Notes under the pieces: model-generated | The model's database searches: none | The model's input: the letters and a program-made list of their open reading frames with translations, nothing else | Told to the model about the DNA's origin: nothing | DNA from: a virus | DNA length: 64,000 nt | IMG/VR virus record: IMGVR_UViG_3300020463_000008 | Span: 67,092 to 131,091 of that record | Direction: 5' to 3' (one strand) | Shown: positions 16,782 through 25,050 of the stretch, piece by piece | Position numbering within the stretch: position 1 is the first letter of the stretch | Layout of the letters: each line of letters begins with the position of its first letter | Made by a program: the position numbers and the translations under genes

Positions 16782-17312
16782 TTAAGAGATGTTATAATAT
16801 GTAAATTTAAAGGTTGCACGAGCTGAAACCATCATAACATCCTGCATTTTAGACTCGAACTGTATAGGGTCTAGAGCAGTAGGGAAACAGTCTACAAATG
16901 TAAAGGTTTTCACTGGTGTGTTTTGTCCAGATAGGACTTGAAGTGTTGCATCTGAATAGTTTTGAGATATTTCTGATATCTTAGCTTTCTCATCAGATGT
17001 TAAGTAAGAAAGATATTGTTCGTGCTTTTCGGGATATCCGAGTCCAATCATCCAGTCATGTATAGCTTTCCAATTTATCATTTGAGCATCAACTTGAAAC
17101 TCTACTGAAAGATCTTGGTAAGTAATTATTTCTCCAGGGATAGGACTAGCAACAAGAGGAGTAGCCTGCATAAATTCACCTAGATTTATTCCAGGCAAGT
17201 TTACAGATTGTACAAAGAAAGTTGTATCAGGTAATCTAGACACTTTGAATGTAAAGCCATTAGGATTTAATGGTGATAAGTCTGCTGGGAATGCATTTGA
17301 ATAAGCTGTCAT
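16782..17312 (-). CDS. gp3: Tail tube terminator/completion protein gp3
   Basis: PNGFTF, FFVQSVNLPGI, SDATLQVL, DCFPT; synteny gp23...gp3-uvsY. Confidence 0.9.
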   Translation of the reverse strand: MTAYSNAFPADLSPLNPNGFTFKVSRLPDTTFFVQSVNLPGINLGEFMQATPLVASPIPGEIITYQDLSVEFQVDAQMINWKAIHDWMIGLGYPEKHEQYLSYLTSDEKAKISEISQNYSDATLQVLSGQNTPVKTFTFVDCFPTALDPIQFESKMQDVMMVSARATFKFTYYNIS

Positions 17313-17452
17313 TAATTAACTCTCTTTTTTTGTAATTGTCTTAAATGGAATAAATGGGAAGACCACATTTGTTTGAACCCATGGTCTTGAGCAGCTTTTA
17401 TAACTTTCTCAAGTTTTGCGATTCTACGAGCTAGTAGTTCCTCTGGTGCCAT
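17312..17452 (-). CDS. Small protein (46 aa) MAPEELLARRIAKLEKVIKAAQDHGFKQMWSSHL...
   Basis: Manual translation; stop overlaps gp3 start (TAATG). Confidence 0.65.
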   Translation of the reverse strand: MAPEELLARRIAKLEKVIKAAQDHGFKQMWSSHLFHLRQLQKKRVN

Positions 17453-17579
17453 TTTCTCTCTGTTCGATTTTTTTCTTTAAATCTTTTTTGTTTTTCCACA
17501 TTTCTTTAATGCGTGGGTCAGAAGTTTTCTCTACCATCTTGTCAAAATTTTCCACATCTCTTAACAAACTTTTTGTCAT
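17424..17579 (-). CDS. Small protein (51 aa) MTKSLLRDVENFDKMVEKTSDPRIKEMWKNK...
   Basis: Manual translation; ATGA overlap with upstream ORF; resembles downstream neighbour. Confidence 0.6.
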   Translation of the reverse strand: MTKSLLRDVENFDKMVEKTSDPRIKEMWKNKKDLKKKIEQRENGTRGTTSS

Positions 17580-17716
17580 AACCATATTCCTTGTATAAAC
17601 AAACCAAGAGCCATCCCAAATAGGAAAGCCATTAATATTAATTTATAATAGTCTATTTCGAATGTGACTTGAAACCAGTCAATCATTCGTTCGTAATATT
17701 CAATCAATCTAGACAT
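17576..17716 (-). CDS. Small membrane protein (46 aa, MSRLIEYYERMIDWFQ...)
   Basis: GAGGA RBS and CTAAATA late promoter (17731-17737) upstream; C-terminal TM helix; track start 17803 probably too long. Confidence 0.7.
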   Translation of the reverse strand: MSRLIEYYERMIDWFQVTFEIDYYKLILMAFLFGMALGLFIQGIWL

Positions 17717-17754
17717 AATATCCTCACTACTATTTAGGTCTTTTGAAACCTCAA

Positions 17755-17862
17755 TTAGTGATAATATTGTAGATACCAGATGACTGAAACAGCTAGAGTA
17801 CAAGGAACGATGGCGAGACAGGATGGTAAGAACACCATATAAAATAGTGGTCTCTTCAACAT
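17755..17862 (-). CDS. Small hydrophobic protein MLKRPLFYMVFLPSCLAIVPCTLAVSVIWYLQYYH (may start at TTG 17907)
   Basis: Manual translation. Confidence 0.45.
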   Translation of the reverse strand: MLKRPLFYMVFLPSCLAIVPCTLAVSVIWYLQYYH

Positions 17863-17896
17863 GAAGTCGACATCGTCCTCGTGAGTTTTGGTTGGT

Positions 17897-18037
17897 TTAG
17901 AATCCAAGATAACTCAGTCGCATCGTCACGACTGTGGCAACTGGGAATCCTAAAGGAAGAGCAATGAATGCTAGAAATTTGGCGAGTGCTTTGGTTTTTC
18001 GCACCATGCTCTTCGTTAATTTAATAACTGTGGACAT
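17897..18037 (-). CDS. Small membrane protein (46 aa, MSTVIKLTKSMVRKTKALAKFLAFIALPLGFP...)
   Basis: Manual translation; AGGA RBS; CTAAATA at 18101-18107 upstream. Confidence 0.6.
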   Translation of the reverse strand: MSTVIKLTKSMVRKTKALAKFLAFIALPLGFPVATVVTMRLSYLGF

Positions 18038-18111
18038 GGTTTTTCCTGTTAAGGGTTAATAATTGGTTATAAAAAAATAATTTTTTATTACCACCAAAAA
18101 TATTTAGTACA

Positions 18112-18161
18112 AATAAAAAAGCTGGGAGGTTATAAGTTTATAAGTCTTACACCACCCAGCT
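18112..18161 (-). terminator. Probable intrinsic terminator after the DUF4278-like gene
   Basis: AGCTGGG/CCCAGCT stem followed by a U tract on the minus strand. Confidence 0.6.
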
Positions 18162-18173
18162 CCTCTAATAAGA

Positions 18174-18335
18174 TTAGTGCTTTATGCCACGATACGATAA
18201 ATCGCTTTTGACAGTTGCACTTTCCTTTTCGATAGTACCATGCTTGACACCTCTGTAAATACCAGCATTAGACTTCTTAGTCTCTTTGCTAACATTCTCG
18301 TCAGTGACTTTGATACCTCTGTAGAAAGTAGTCAT
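18174..18335 (-). CDS. DUF4278-like peptide (53 aa) with three YRG repeats
   Basis: MTTFYRGIK...GIYRGVKH...LSYRGIKH; GGAGG RBS; this family typically follows glutamine riboswitches. Confidence 0.85.
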   Translation of the reverse strand: MTTFYRGIKVTDENVSKETKKSNAGIYRGVKHGTIEKESATVKSDLSYRGIKH

Positions 18336-18390
18336 CGTTTCCTCCAGTTTTCATTGGTTAATATTAAGTCATATTAAAATGACAGCCAAT

Positions 18391-18525
18391 GCGTTCCTTC
18401 AGTTGGATTGTCGGTCTCGTTCCCTTTCGATCGTGTCTAATTGGTACTAGCTTGCCCCATTGCTGGGAGGTTTTCCTTTTCCTACTTACTTCCGTCCACT
18501 GCTACATTTAGAGTGAATGAACGAT
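18391..18525 (-). ncRNA. Glutamine riboswitch (glnA RNA motif-like) with enlarged P3
   Basis: AUCGUUCA...GACGGAAGUAAG...CUGAAGGAACGC core; P1 CGUUC/GAACG; upstream of the YRG peptide. Confidence 0.82.
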
Positions 18526-18545
18526 GTTAGTAAAACTAACACTAT

Positions 18546-18577
18546 TATTTAGCCTGAAAAAAACTTAAAAGTAAAGC
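18546..18577 (-). promoter_or_regulatory. Promoter for the riboswitch transcript: GCTTTACTTTTAAG -35 box plus CTAAATA late box
   Basis: Both motifs present directly downstream of the gp23 terminator. Confidence 0.65.
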
Positions 18578-18579
18578 AC

Positions 18580-18609
18580 AAAAAAAAGGGGAGCCGAAGC
18601 TCCCCTTTT
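18580..18609 (-). terminator. Rho-independent terminator of gp23
   Basis: GGGGAGC-TTCG-GCTCCCC followed by T8. Confidence 0.95.
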
Positions 18610-18635
18610 AAGGATTGTACCTTAGAGTTCTAAGA

Positions 18636-19901
18636 TTACATTAAGTTAGTGACTTTAACTCTTCTGTAGTAGTAGTTCTCGTCAGCAACTAGATCGCCTG
18701 AGCCATCCAACTGTATGAAAGGATTTGAAGTGAAACCATATCTGGTTTTAAATCCAATTTTTGGTTGGAAAGTTGAAGGATCTACTGCTCTAACTAATTG
18801 TAAAGGCACATATGGGCAGTAAAATAATCCTGCGTCAAATGCTGAAGCACCTTTATAACCAACGATAAAGTACTGACTAGCAGCACCATTCGCAGTATAA
18901 GGGTCTACATACACTTTGTAGCGTCCATTAAGAACACCAGCAAAAGTAGTAGAAGCTTCGTCTACATTTAGGTTAGTTGAAAGGGCAGGTGCGTAATCAA
19001 GAACACCAGCCATTGCTAGAGCACTTGCAACATCTGAAGAACAGATGATGAAGTTTGCTTTTCCTCTACGAGTTTGTTGAGCAACAGCATTAGCTTCTCT
19101 TTCGATTTGAAAAAGTAAACCTTTGAATTTCTCAACAGACCATCTACCAGATGCATCAACATCTAGATCGAAAGTTCCCGCAGTAGCAGTACCTGTTTGG
19201 GCACCAGCTTTAGCAGTTTTGTACACAGTTCTAATAACTTCTCTGTTAATCTCAGATAAGATTTCAGTAGAAAGAATATTAGATAGTTCTCCCTCAGCAT
19301 CTAAACCATGAACTGATTTAAGATCTTGAGCAAGTTCTATTGTGTATTCAGCTTTCAGAGCACGAGACTTAGCAGTCACTGAAGTTTTTTCGATTGAGAA
19401 AGCCATTTCGTTGAAAGTGCTTCCGTCACCTAGTACCTCAGCATCAGCAGTCGATTTTCCAGTACCAGTTGTATAAGTACCATCAACTGGATTAGATCCA
19501 GCATGAGTACCTGAACCAGAAAAGTCTGTGTCAGCTTCGTTAAATAATGCTTCAGTTCCACCTTGCGTCGAATATCTTGCTTTCATAGCAAAAATTAGAC
19601 CAGTAGGCTGAGTCATTGGTTGTACACCACAAATATCGTAAGCGATCATTTGCGGAGCAGATCTTCGTACTAAAGAAATTAGTACTGGATCAAATTTGGC
19701 AACACCACCTGTATCAGGAAGAGCAGCAGCATCGTTGACATGAACAGCTTCAAACATCGCTTGCTTTTCTTCTTTGATAGCAGTTTCCTGGTTCTCAAGA
19801 AGTACAGCAGTGACTTCTTTTCTGTAATTGTCAGCAATTGGAGCTACACCTTCGTGTTCCAGAATAGGTGACCATTTTTCCATTAATGATTTTCTATCCA
19901 T
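18636..19901 (-). CDS. gp23: Major capsid protein gp23
   Basis: LISLVRR, GVQPM..PTGLIFAM, SRALKAEY, YCPYVPLQ, FQPKIGFKTRYG. Confidence 0.99.
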   Translation of the reverse strand: MDRKSLMEKWSPILEHEGVAPIADNYRKEVTAVLLENQETAIKEEKQAMFEAVHVNDAAALPDTGGVAKFDPVLISLVRRSAPQMIAYDICGVQPMTQPTGLIFAMKARYSTQGGTEALFNEADTDFSGSGTHAGSNPVDGTYTTGTGKSTADAEVLGDGSTFNEMAFSIEKTSVTAKSRALKAEYTIELAQDLKSVHGLDAEGELSNILSTEILSEINREVIRTVYKTAKAGAQTGTATAGTFDLDVDASGRWSVEKFKGLLFQIEREANAVAQQTRRGKANFIICSSDVASALAMAGVLDYAPALSTNLNVDEASTTFAGVLNGRYKVYVDPYTANGAASQYFIVGYKGASAFDAGLFYCPYVPLQLVRAVDPSTFQPKIGFKTRYGFTSNPFIQLDGSGDLVADENYYYRRVKVTNLM

Positions 19902-19931
19902 TTTATTTCTCCTTAAAGTTGATAGATTAAT

Positions 19932-21104
19932 TTATTTACTCTTGCTTCTGTCAAGCATGTCAGCATAAGCAGAGATTTTAGGATCGTTAGATACCTTTTT
20001 ATTCTCTTCTTCTAACTGTACTGGCTCATCAGTCACAACAGTTTCTACATTTTTTTTGCTTGGCTTAGAAGCAAAGTAAGATTCTCTGATAGTAGAGACT
20101 TTCTTTTCAAAAGATTCTTTTCCTTCAAAACTGAGATCCTCAGTTAATCCAGCAAATTTTTCTTTATCAGTTTCAGTCATCTTATCGGATGCCTTAGAAA
20201 GAACTTCCGCTCTTTCCATTTCTTTAACACTCTTAGAAAGTTCGACATTAGCTTCAAGTTGCTCATTGAGCTTCTTCTCTAATTCTTCTACTTTTTCTTG
20301 AGCATCACCAAGTAAGTCAAATCTTTCCTCAGGAACATCAACATAATGTTCTGTGAATAGATCTTTCATACCTTTAATGAAGCCATCTAAGATCTCCGAC
20401 TTCATACCAGATTCGAGAGCGATTTCATTTTCACTTATCCACTGCTCAACTACATAGCTGAGATATCCATCAACTTTTTCAATTAAACTCTCTTTAGCTT
20501 CGTCTATTGCAACAGCATTAGACTCCTCTAATTCTTTTTTAAATTTAGCGACTTCAGATTTTACTCTTGAAACAACAACTGTTTCAAAGATAGTAGTAGC
20601 TTTTTCTTTAAACTCTTCAGATAGTTCTTCACCATTTAGTAATGCTTCAACATCTTCTGAAACATCAACAGTGAACTCTTCTTCAGACTCTTCTGCTACA
20701 ACTTCTTCTTCAGACTCAGACTCTTCTTTTTTCATCATCTTTTTCTTATCTTTAGATGATTTCATATAAGTTTCGTCTTTAGACTTTTCGTCTTTTTTGT
20801 CGTCATCTTTGTCATCGTCGTCATCGTCATCGTCATCGTCATCATCGTCGCCATCTTTTTTCTTTTTCTTTTCGATAGCTTTTTTCAAAGCTGGTGGTAA
20901 TTCACCTTCTTCGATTTTTTCTTCGGACTTCTCTTCCTCAGCAGGTGCTTCTTCTTCAGCTACTACTTCTTCAGCAGGTGCTTCAGCTTTAGCTTCCTCT
21001 TCTGATTTCTTCCATCCTTCAGATTCTTCTAGTGTTTCGATTTGCTCTTTGGCTTTATTCGATTCAGCTAGGAGATCCGCAATCTTTTGTTCTATACTTG
21101 ACAT
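19932..21104 (-). CDS. gp22: Prohead core scaffold protein gp22
   Basis: LSEEFKEKATTIFE, KVDGYLSYVVEQW, acidic coiled coil; between gp21 and gp23. Confidence 0.93.
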   Translation of the reverse strand: MSSIEQKIADLLAESNKAKEQIETLEESEGWKKSEEEAKAEAPAEEVVAEEEAPAEEEKSEEKIEEGELPPALKKAIEKKKKKDGDDDDDDDDDDDDDKDDDKKDEKSKDETYMKSSKDKKKMMKKEESESEEEVVAEESEEEFTVDVSEDVEALLNGEELSEEFKEKATTIFETVVVSRVKSEVAKFKKELEESNAVAIDEAKESLIEKVDGYLSYVVEQWISENEIALESGMKSEILDGFIKGMKDLFTEHYVDVPEERFDLLGDAQEKVEELEKKLNEQLEANVELSKSVKEMERAEVLSKASDKMTETDKEKFAGLTEDLSFEGKESFEKKVSTIRESYFASKPSKKNVETVVTDEPVQLEEENKKVSNDPKISAYADMLDRSKSK

Positions 21105-21125
21105 AATTGTCTCCTTAGTAATGGG

Positions 21126-21782
21126 TTATTTAATTTTGTTTAAAAACTTCGCAAATGCGAAAAGTTTTGCTTCTTCGAGTTGAGATCTTGTTGCTCCAGT
21201 TATTGAACTTTTAATAGCTTCAATATCTTGCTCGACAAACTTCCCATCAACGAACATCCATTCCTTGCCTTCCATAACACCTCGCACAAATGCGTCTGGT
21301 GCCGACGGATCTGCAACTATATCAGCAGCAGTGGCAAGCATAAAATCCTTTTGGACTTCCGATGTTCCGTCTTTGGTAGTTTTCAATGAACCCATCCCTC
21401 TAGAAGATACACCCAGACTTGCTCCTTCGTCAATTAACGATTTTACAATCTTACCATAAGGTGTATCCATTATCTTAGCTTTTCCGACAAAGTCATTGCC
21501 TTCGAGCTTCAAATCTTTTATCATGTGCGATACTCTATCTAAATTGATAGTTGGAGAATCAGGATGTCCTAACTCGCCATACGCACGATTCTTCTTGACA
21601 TTTTCTTTCATGTATCTTTTTACTTCTTTGTCAAGAATTTCTTTGGGGTAGCTTCTTCCATTTCTGTTTTTAATTTCAGCTTGGAGGAATACTCCCTCAA
21701 TGTTGTAATTCTTCTTACCAGTTTCTTTATCTTCTTCGATAAGGTAGTTTACAACTTCTGTATGTTCTTTAATTAATTTCAT
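21126..21782 (-). CDS. gp21: Prohead protease gp21
   Basis: NRNGRSY, GELGHP, GVSSRGMGS, DIVADPSAPDA. Confidence 0.98.
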   Translation of the reverse strand: MKLIKEHTEVVNYLIEEDKETGKKNYNIEGVFLQAEIKNRNGRSYPKEILDKEVKRYMKENVKKNRAYGELGHPDSPTINLDRVSHMIKDLKLEGNDFVGKAKIMDTPYGKIVKSLIDEGASLGVSSRGMGSLKTTKDGTSEVQKDFMLATAADIVADPSAPDAFVRGVMEGKEWMFVDGKFVEQDIEAIKSSITGATRSQLEEAKLFAFAKFLNKIK

Positions 21783-21783
21783 A

Positions 21784-22191
21784 TTAGCTTCCTACTGCGG
21801 TCTCATTATCGTAAGCACCGAATTGTGGAGTTTCTACTGGGTCATTAAAGCCACCCATTTTGCTTAGATGAAGTATAACCATTCCTTTGCCACTAAATGT
21901 GACAACAATATCTTGGTTGCCTTGATCTTGTAAAGAAGTTTCTACCTTTGTAGCTCCAGGTGCAACATGTGCAACTAAAACTGAATTTCGTACCACAGTA
22001 ATATCCTGTGCAGCTTGACAGCTGTGTTCTATTTTTGAAATGGCAACTTTCAATGCACTAGTAGTAATCGTTTCATTAGTTAATTTTAAGTCAGCATCAA
22101 TATCGATAGTACCATTACCAGCCGATGTTGCTGTGACTCTGACGATAGCTTTTCGATTATCTTTGGCTAGTACTGTTTTTACAATTGCCAT
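21784..22191 (-). CDS. Hypothetical head-region protein
   Basis: 135 aa beta-rich ORF with GGAG RBS between gp67 and gp21. Confidence 0.75.
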   Translation of the reverse strand: MAIVKTVLAKDNRKAIVRVTATSAGNGTIDIDADLKLTNETITTSALKVAISKIEHSCQAAQDITVVRNSVLVAHVAPGATKVETSLQDQGNQDIVVTFSGKGMVILHLSKMGGFNDPVETPQFGAYDNETAVGS

Positions 22192-22614
22192 TTAGTACAC
22201 TCCTTTTAAAACTTCTATAAAGTTATTTTTATTCTCAGACATATATGATACTATATCACTGTTGTCTTTCAATAAACTATTTAGTAAAATTTGGTTTTTC
22301 TCACTGATAGCAACCTTTGAGCCATCTTTTAATACATAATCTATCTTATCTCGTAAATTCCTAATGCTTCTAATCTTAATCTCAGTTAGTATTGGATCAA
22401 CATTAAAGTCAGTATTTGCAGCTTTATTCATATATTCTTCAACTAGTTTATCTGTTATTTCAACATCACTATGTTTAGCAATATACTCAGCCACTCTTTC
22501 TTCAGGTAAAGCAACATTAATATTATCTACTAATCGTTGCTCTCTTTCTTCAGCCAAAGTGTCGCTATCCTTTTTAAAAGGAGCGACAATATCTTTAAAC
22601 TTTTTCTGTGGCAT
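22192..22614 (-). CDS. Hypothetical head-region protein
   Basis: Likely start MPQKKFKD at 22614 (track start 22686 overlaps gp67 heavily). Confidence 0.7.
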   Translation of the reverse strand: MPQKKFKDIVAPFKKDSDTLAEEREQRLVDNINVALPEERVAEYIAKHSDVEITDKLVEEYMNKAANTDFNVDPILTEIKIRSIRNLRDKIDYVLKDGSKVAISEKNQILLNSLLKDNSDIVSYMSENKNNFIEVLKGVY

Positions 22615-22858
22615 CAGCTGGTTCCTCAACCTCTGGTTGTTCAGCTGGTACTTCGTTTTCTGCCTTTGCTTCGACTTCTGGCTCACCAGCTATCTCTTCT
22701 TGTTCTTCAGGAGACTTAAATACATTAGACGCAAGGTCTTTCTTCATCGCATCTAATTTATCTCCAACCTTTGTAGACATTACACCTTGGAAAGTGTTTT
22801 CTATTGCTTCAGCATTTCCATCAGCAATAGCATCTATTAATTCTTTAGTTCCACTCAT
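22595..22858 (-). CDS. gp67: Prohead core protein gp67-like
   Basis: Short acidic protein right after portal; ELIDAIADG...F...KV..KLD pattern. Confidence 0.7.
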   Translation of the reverse strand: MSGTKELIDAIADGNAEAIENTFQGVMSTKVGDKLDAMKKDLASNVFKSPEEQEEIAGEPEVEAKAENEVPAEQPEVEEPADATEKV

Positions 22859-24408
22859 TCTTCTTCTCCTTCATTATCTTGTGTATCGTTATCAGGCTCA
22901 TCTGTAGATTGCATACTGTCCATGTCAGGAACTTCTCCCTCACCACTATCAGCTTCAGCTTCAGCCTTTTCTGCATCCATCTGATCGTCGATTTCTTTAA
23001 TCTCTTCTTCAGATTGCATTAGTATATTTTTCCTTGCCCATTCAAGTGAATAGAATTTACCAAGATATGGTTCTACCTGTCCTAGCATTCCTACTCGTTG
23101 TTGTAGCAATTCATTATTCTTTAATTCAGTAAAGTGATTATCTTCTAAGAAGTCAACTCGGATATCAACTTTCATTTCATTGAAGTCTTCGTCCGACATT
23201 ATACCTTTACTAATTAATTGAACCCTAAGAATGTCAACCATAAATGAGCTGAACTTTCTTTGGACTCTTTGTATAAACTTGTTAAACTTTAATTCGTCTC
23301 TAGTAATTTCAGAAGCACGACCCAAAGTAAATCCAGTCTCGCCTTGTAATCTTGACATCGGCACATTTAGAGATTGGTAAAGTTTTCTTTGGAAGTATTG
23401 TATGTCAGCAATATCTCCTAAGTTCTGCCCTCCAGGAAGTGTAGTAATTTCAGTACCACGACCACCCTCTCTTCTAGGCATCCAAAAGTCTTCCATCATG
23501 CTAAGGTGTTTTCTATCATCTCTGACTTCACCTGTGGTAGCATCGTAAACAACTTTGTTTCGATACTTGTTCATGATGTCGTTGACATATTGTTCTGCTT
23601 TTATCTTAGGCAGGTTTCCTACATCAACATAAAAAATTCTTCGTTCAGGTGCTCTACTTAATCTGTAGATAACAACTGCGTCTTCAATCATCTTTAACTG
23701 GTTGACAGGCTTAACAGCTTTCTGTAAGTGTCCTAAGACTATCCCAGTATTTTGGTCTACATTGCCCGAAGGACAAAAGACCACAGAATCTCGACTTAAC
23801 TTAATTCCTTTTGTATTAGAGTCAGTAATACCTTTGTCATTGTATATAAAGTATTCTTCTTGACTCTCTACAACTTCAATGCCTTGAGCATTCTTTTTCT
23901 TCTTAACATTTTTAATCTTACGAATCTTTTGTGGGTCTACATATCTTAGTTCTTGTATTCCCTCTGTAGGATTCTTAGGATCCAATATTAAATGATAGTA
24001 CAATCTTCCATCGACATACCAAGTTTTAAAAATGTCATGTCCTTTATAATCAAACTCCAACATATCATAGATAGAAGAAAACTCTTCATGAATTTTCTCT
24101 TTAATACTATCTGATACAGGTAAGTCGTCAAGAACTAATCTGACACTGGGTGCGTCGTCTTGAATTGTGACTGCTTCATTAGTTATATCTTCTATCGCAC
24201 CATCACAATCAGGATATTGAGCAACTTCACGATATCTTTTAATTAAAGCATTTTCACTTTTTATTGAATTATCTAGGTCAAGAGTGACACCATAGTATGC
24301 ACTTACATCTGTAAGAACTGTAGACCCATCATCTCGTGATGGGGCGACAGGTGTTAGTGGTTCTCTATTCCTCTTTCGTGTAATTTCGAAACCGAAAAAT
24401 TCAGCCAT
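22855..24408 (-). CDS. gp20: Portal protein gp20
   Basis: WYVDGR, IYRLSRAPERRIFYVDVGNLPK, EDFWMPRREGGRGTEI. Confidence 0.99.
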   Translation of the reverse strand: MAEFFGFEITRKRNREPLTPVAPSRDDGSTVLTDVSAYYGVTLDLDNSIKSENALIKRYREVAQYPDCDGAIEDITNEAVTIQDDAPSVRLVLDDLPVSDSIKEKIHEEFSSIYDMLEFDYKGHDIFKTWYVDGRLYYHLILDPKNPTEGIQELRYVDPQKIRKIKNVKKKKNAQGIEVVESQEEYFIYNDKGITDSNTKGIKLSRDSVVFCPSGNVDQNTGIVLGHLQKAVKPVNQLKMIEDAVVIYRLSRAPERRIFYVDVGNLPKIKAEQYVNDIMNKYRNKVVYDATTGEVRDDRKHLSMMEDFWMPRREGGRGTEITTLPGGQNLGDIADIQYFQRKLYQSLNVPMSRLQGETGFTLGRASEITRDELKFNKFIQRVQRKFSSFMVDILRVQLISKGIMSDEDFNEMKVDIRVDFLEDNHFTELKNNELLQQRVGMLGQVEPYLGKFYSLEWARKNILMQSEEEIKEIDDQMDAEKAEAEADSGEGEVPDMDSMQSTDEPDNDTQDNEGEEE

Positions 24409-24431
24409 AATTTATTCACCTTTATTAATAA

Positions 24432-25025
24432 TTAAATGTTGATAGGGAATGAGCCAATCGGAGTATCGATTGAAATGTTCACTCCTAATCCACCACTTTC
24501 GCTGGTATTACTTGTAAAGAAGTTGTATTGGAATTCAACATCAAATGTCTCAATAGCATTTGTTGTATCGTAGTCCAACTGAACTATACCAATAGATAAT
24601 GGGAAAGAGTCAACAAATTTATATTGTTTTACTCCAGCACCATTTCTATCTAGTTGTGTTACAAGTAGGTCAGCTTGGTAATCATTCGGATTAGTACGAC
24701 CTGATGTAGTCGCATATTCCTGAATACCATTTTGCCATCTTTCGATTGCGTTTCTAATACCGAAGTCTGTGTCGTTATAAACAGTGACTGTCCATGGAGC
24801 AAATGTTCTCTCCGCAGCAAAGTTTACAGCACGACCTCTATATTGGATCGGCAAATTTTCTAGTGTACTAGCAGGTAATTGTGCAGCCTTACATAAGAAC
24901 TGTCCTTGTACAGCAGCAACTCTTCCACCAGTGACATAAGAAGGGAAAGCCAAATCGACACGAAACTGATTAGGACGAGCTCCGCCACCAGTCATATTCG
25001 CTTTAAAATCAGCAATATTAGCCAT
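24432..25025 (-). CDS. gp19: Tail tube protein gp19
   Basis: GGARPNQF, FLCKAAQLP, WTVTVYND. Confidence 0.96.
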   Translation of the reverse strand: MANIADFKANMTGGGARPNQFRVDLAFPSYVTGGRVAAVQGQFLCKAAQLPASTLENLPIQYRGRAVNFAAERTFAPWTVTVYNDTDFGIRNAIERWQNGIQEYATTSGRTNPNDYQADLLVTQLDRNGAGVKQYKFVDSFPLSIGIVQLDYDTTNAIETFDVEFQYNFFTSNTSESGGLGVNISIDTPIGSFPINI

Positions 25026-25050
25026 TAGTTATTCTCCTTGTTAGTTATAT

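Noticed and set aside
18408-18480. c-di-GMP-I aptamer inside the riboswitch insertion
   Set aside because: Only loose resemblance (AAAGGAAAACC, GNRA hairpin); the GCAAAGC junction and tetraloop-receptor helix are not evident
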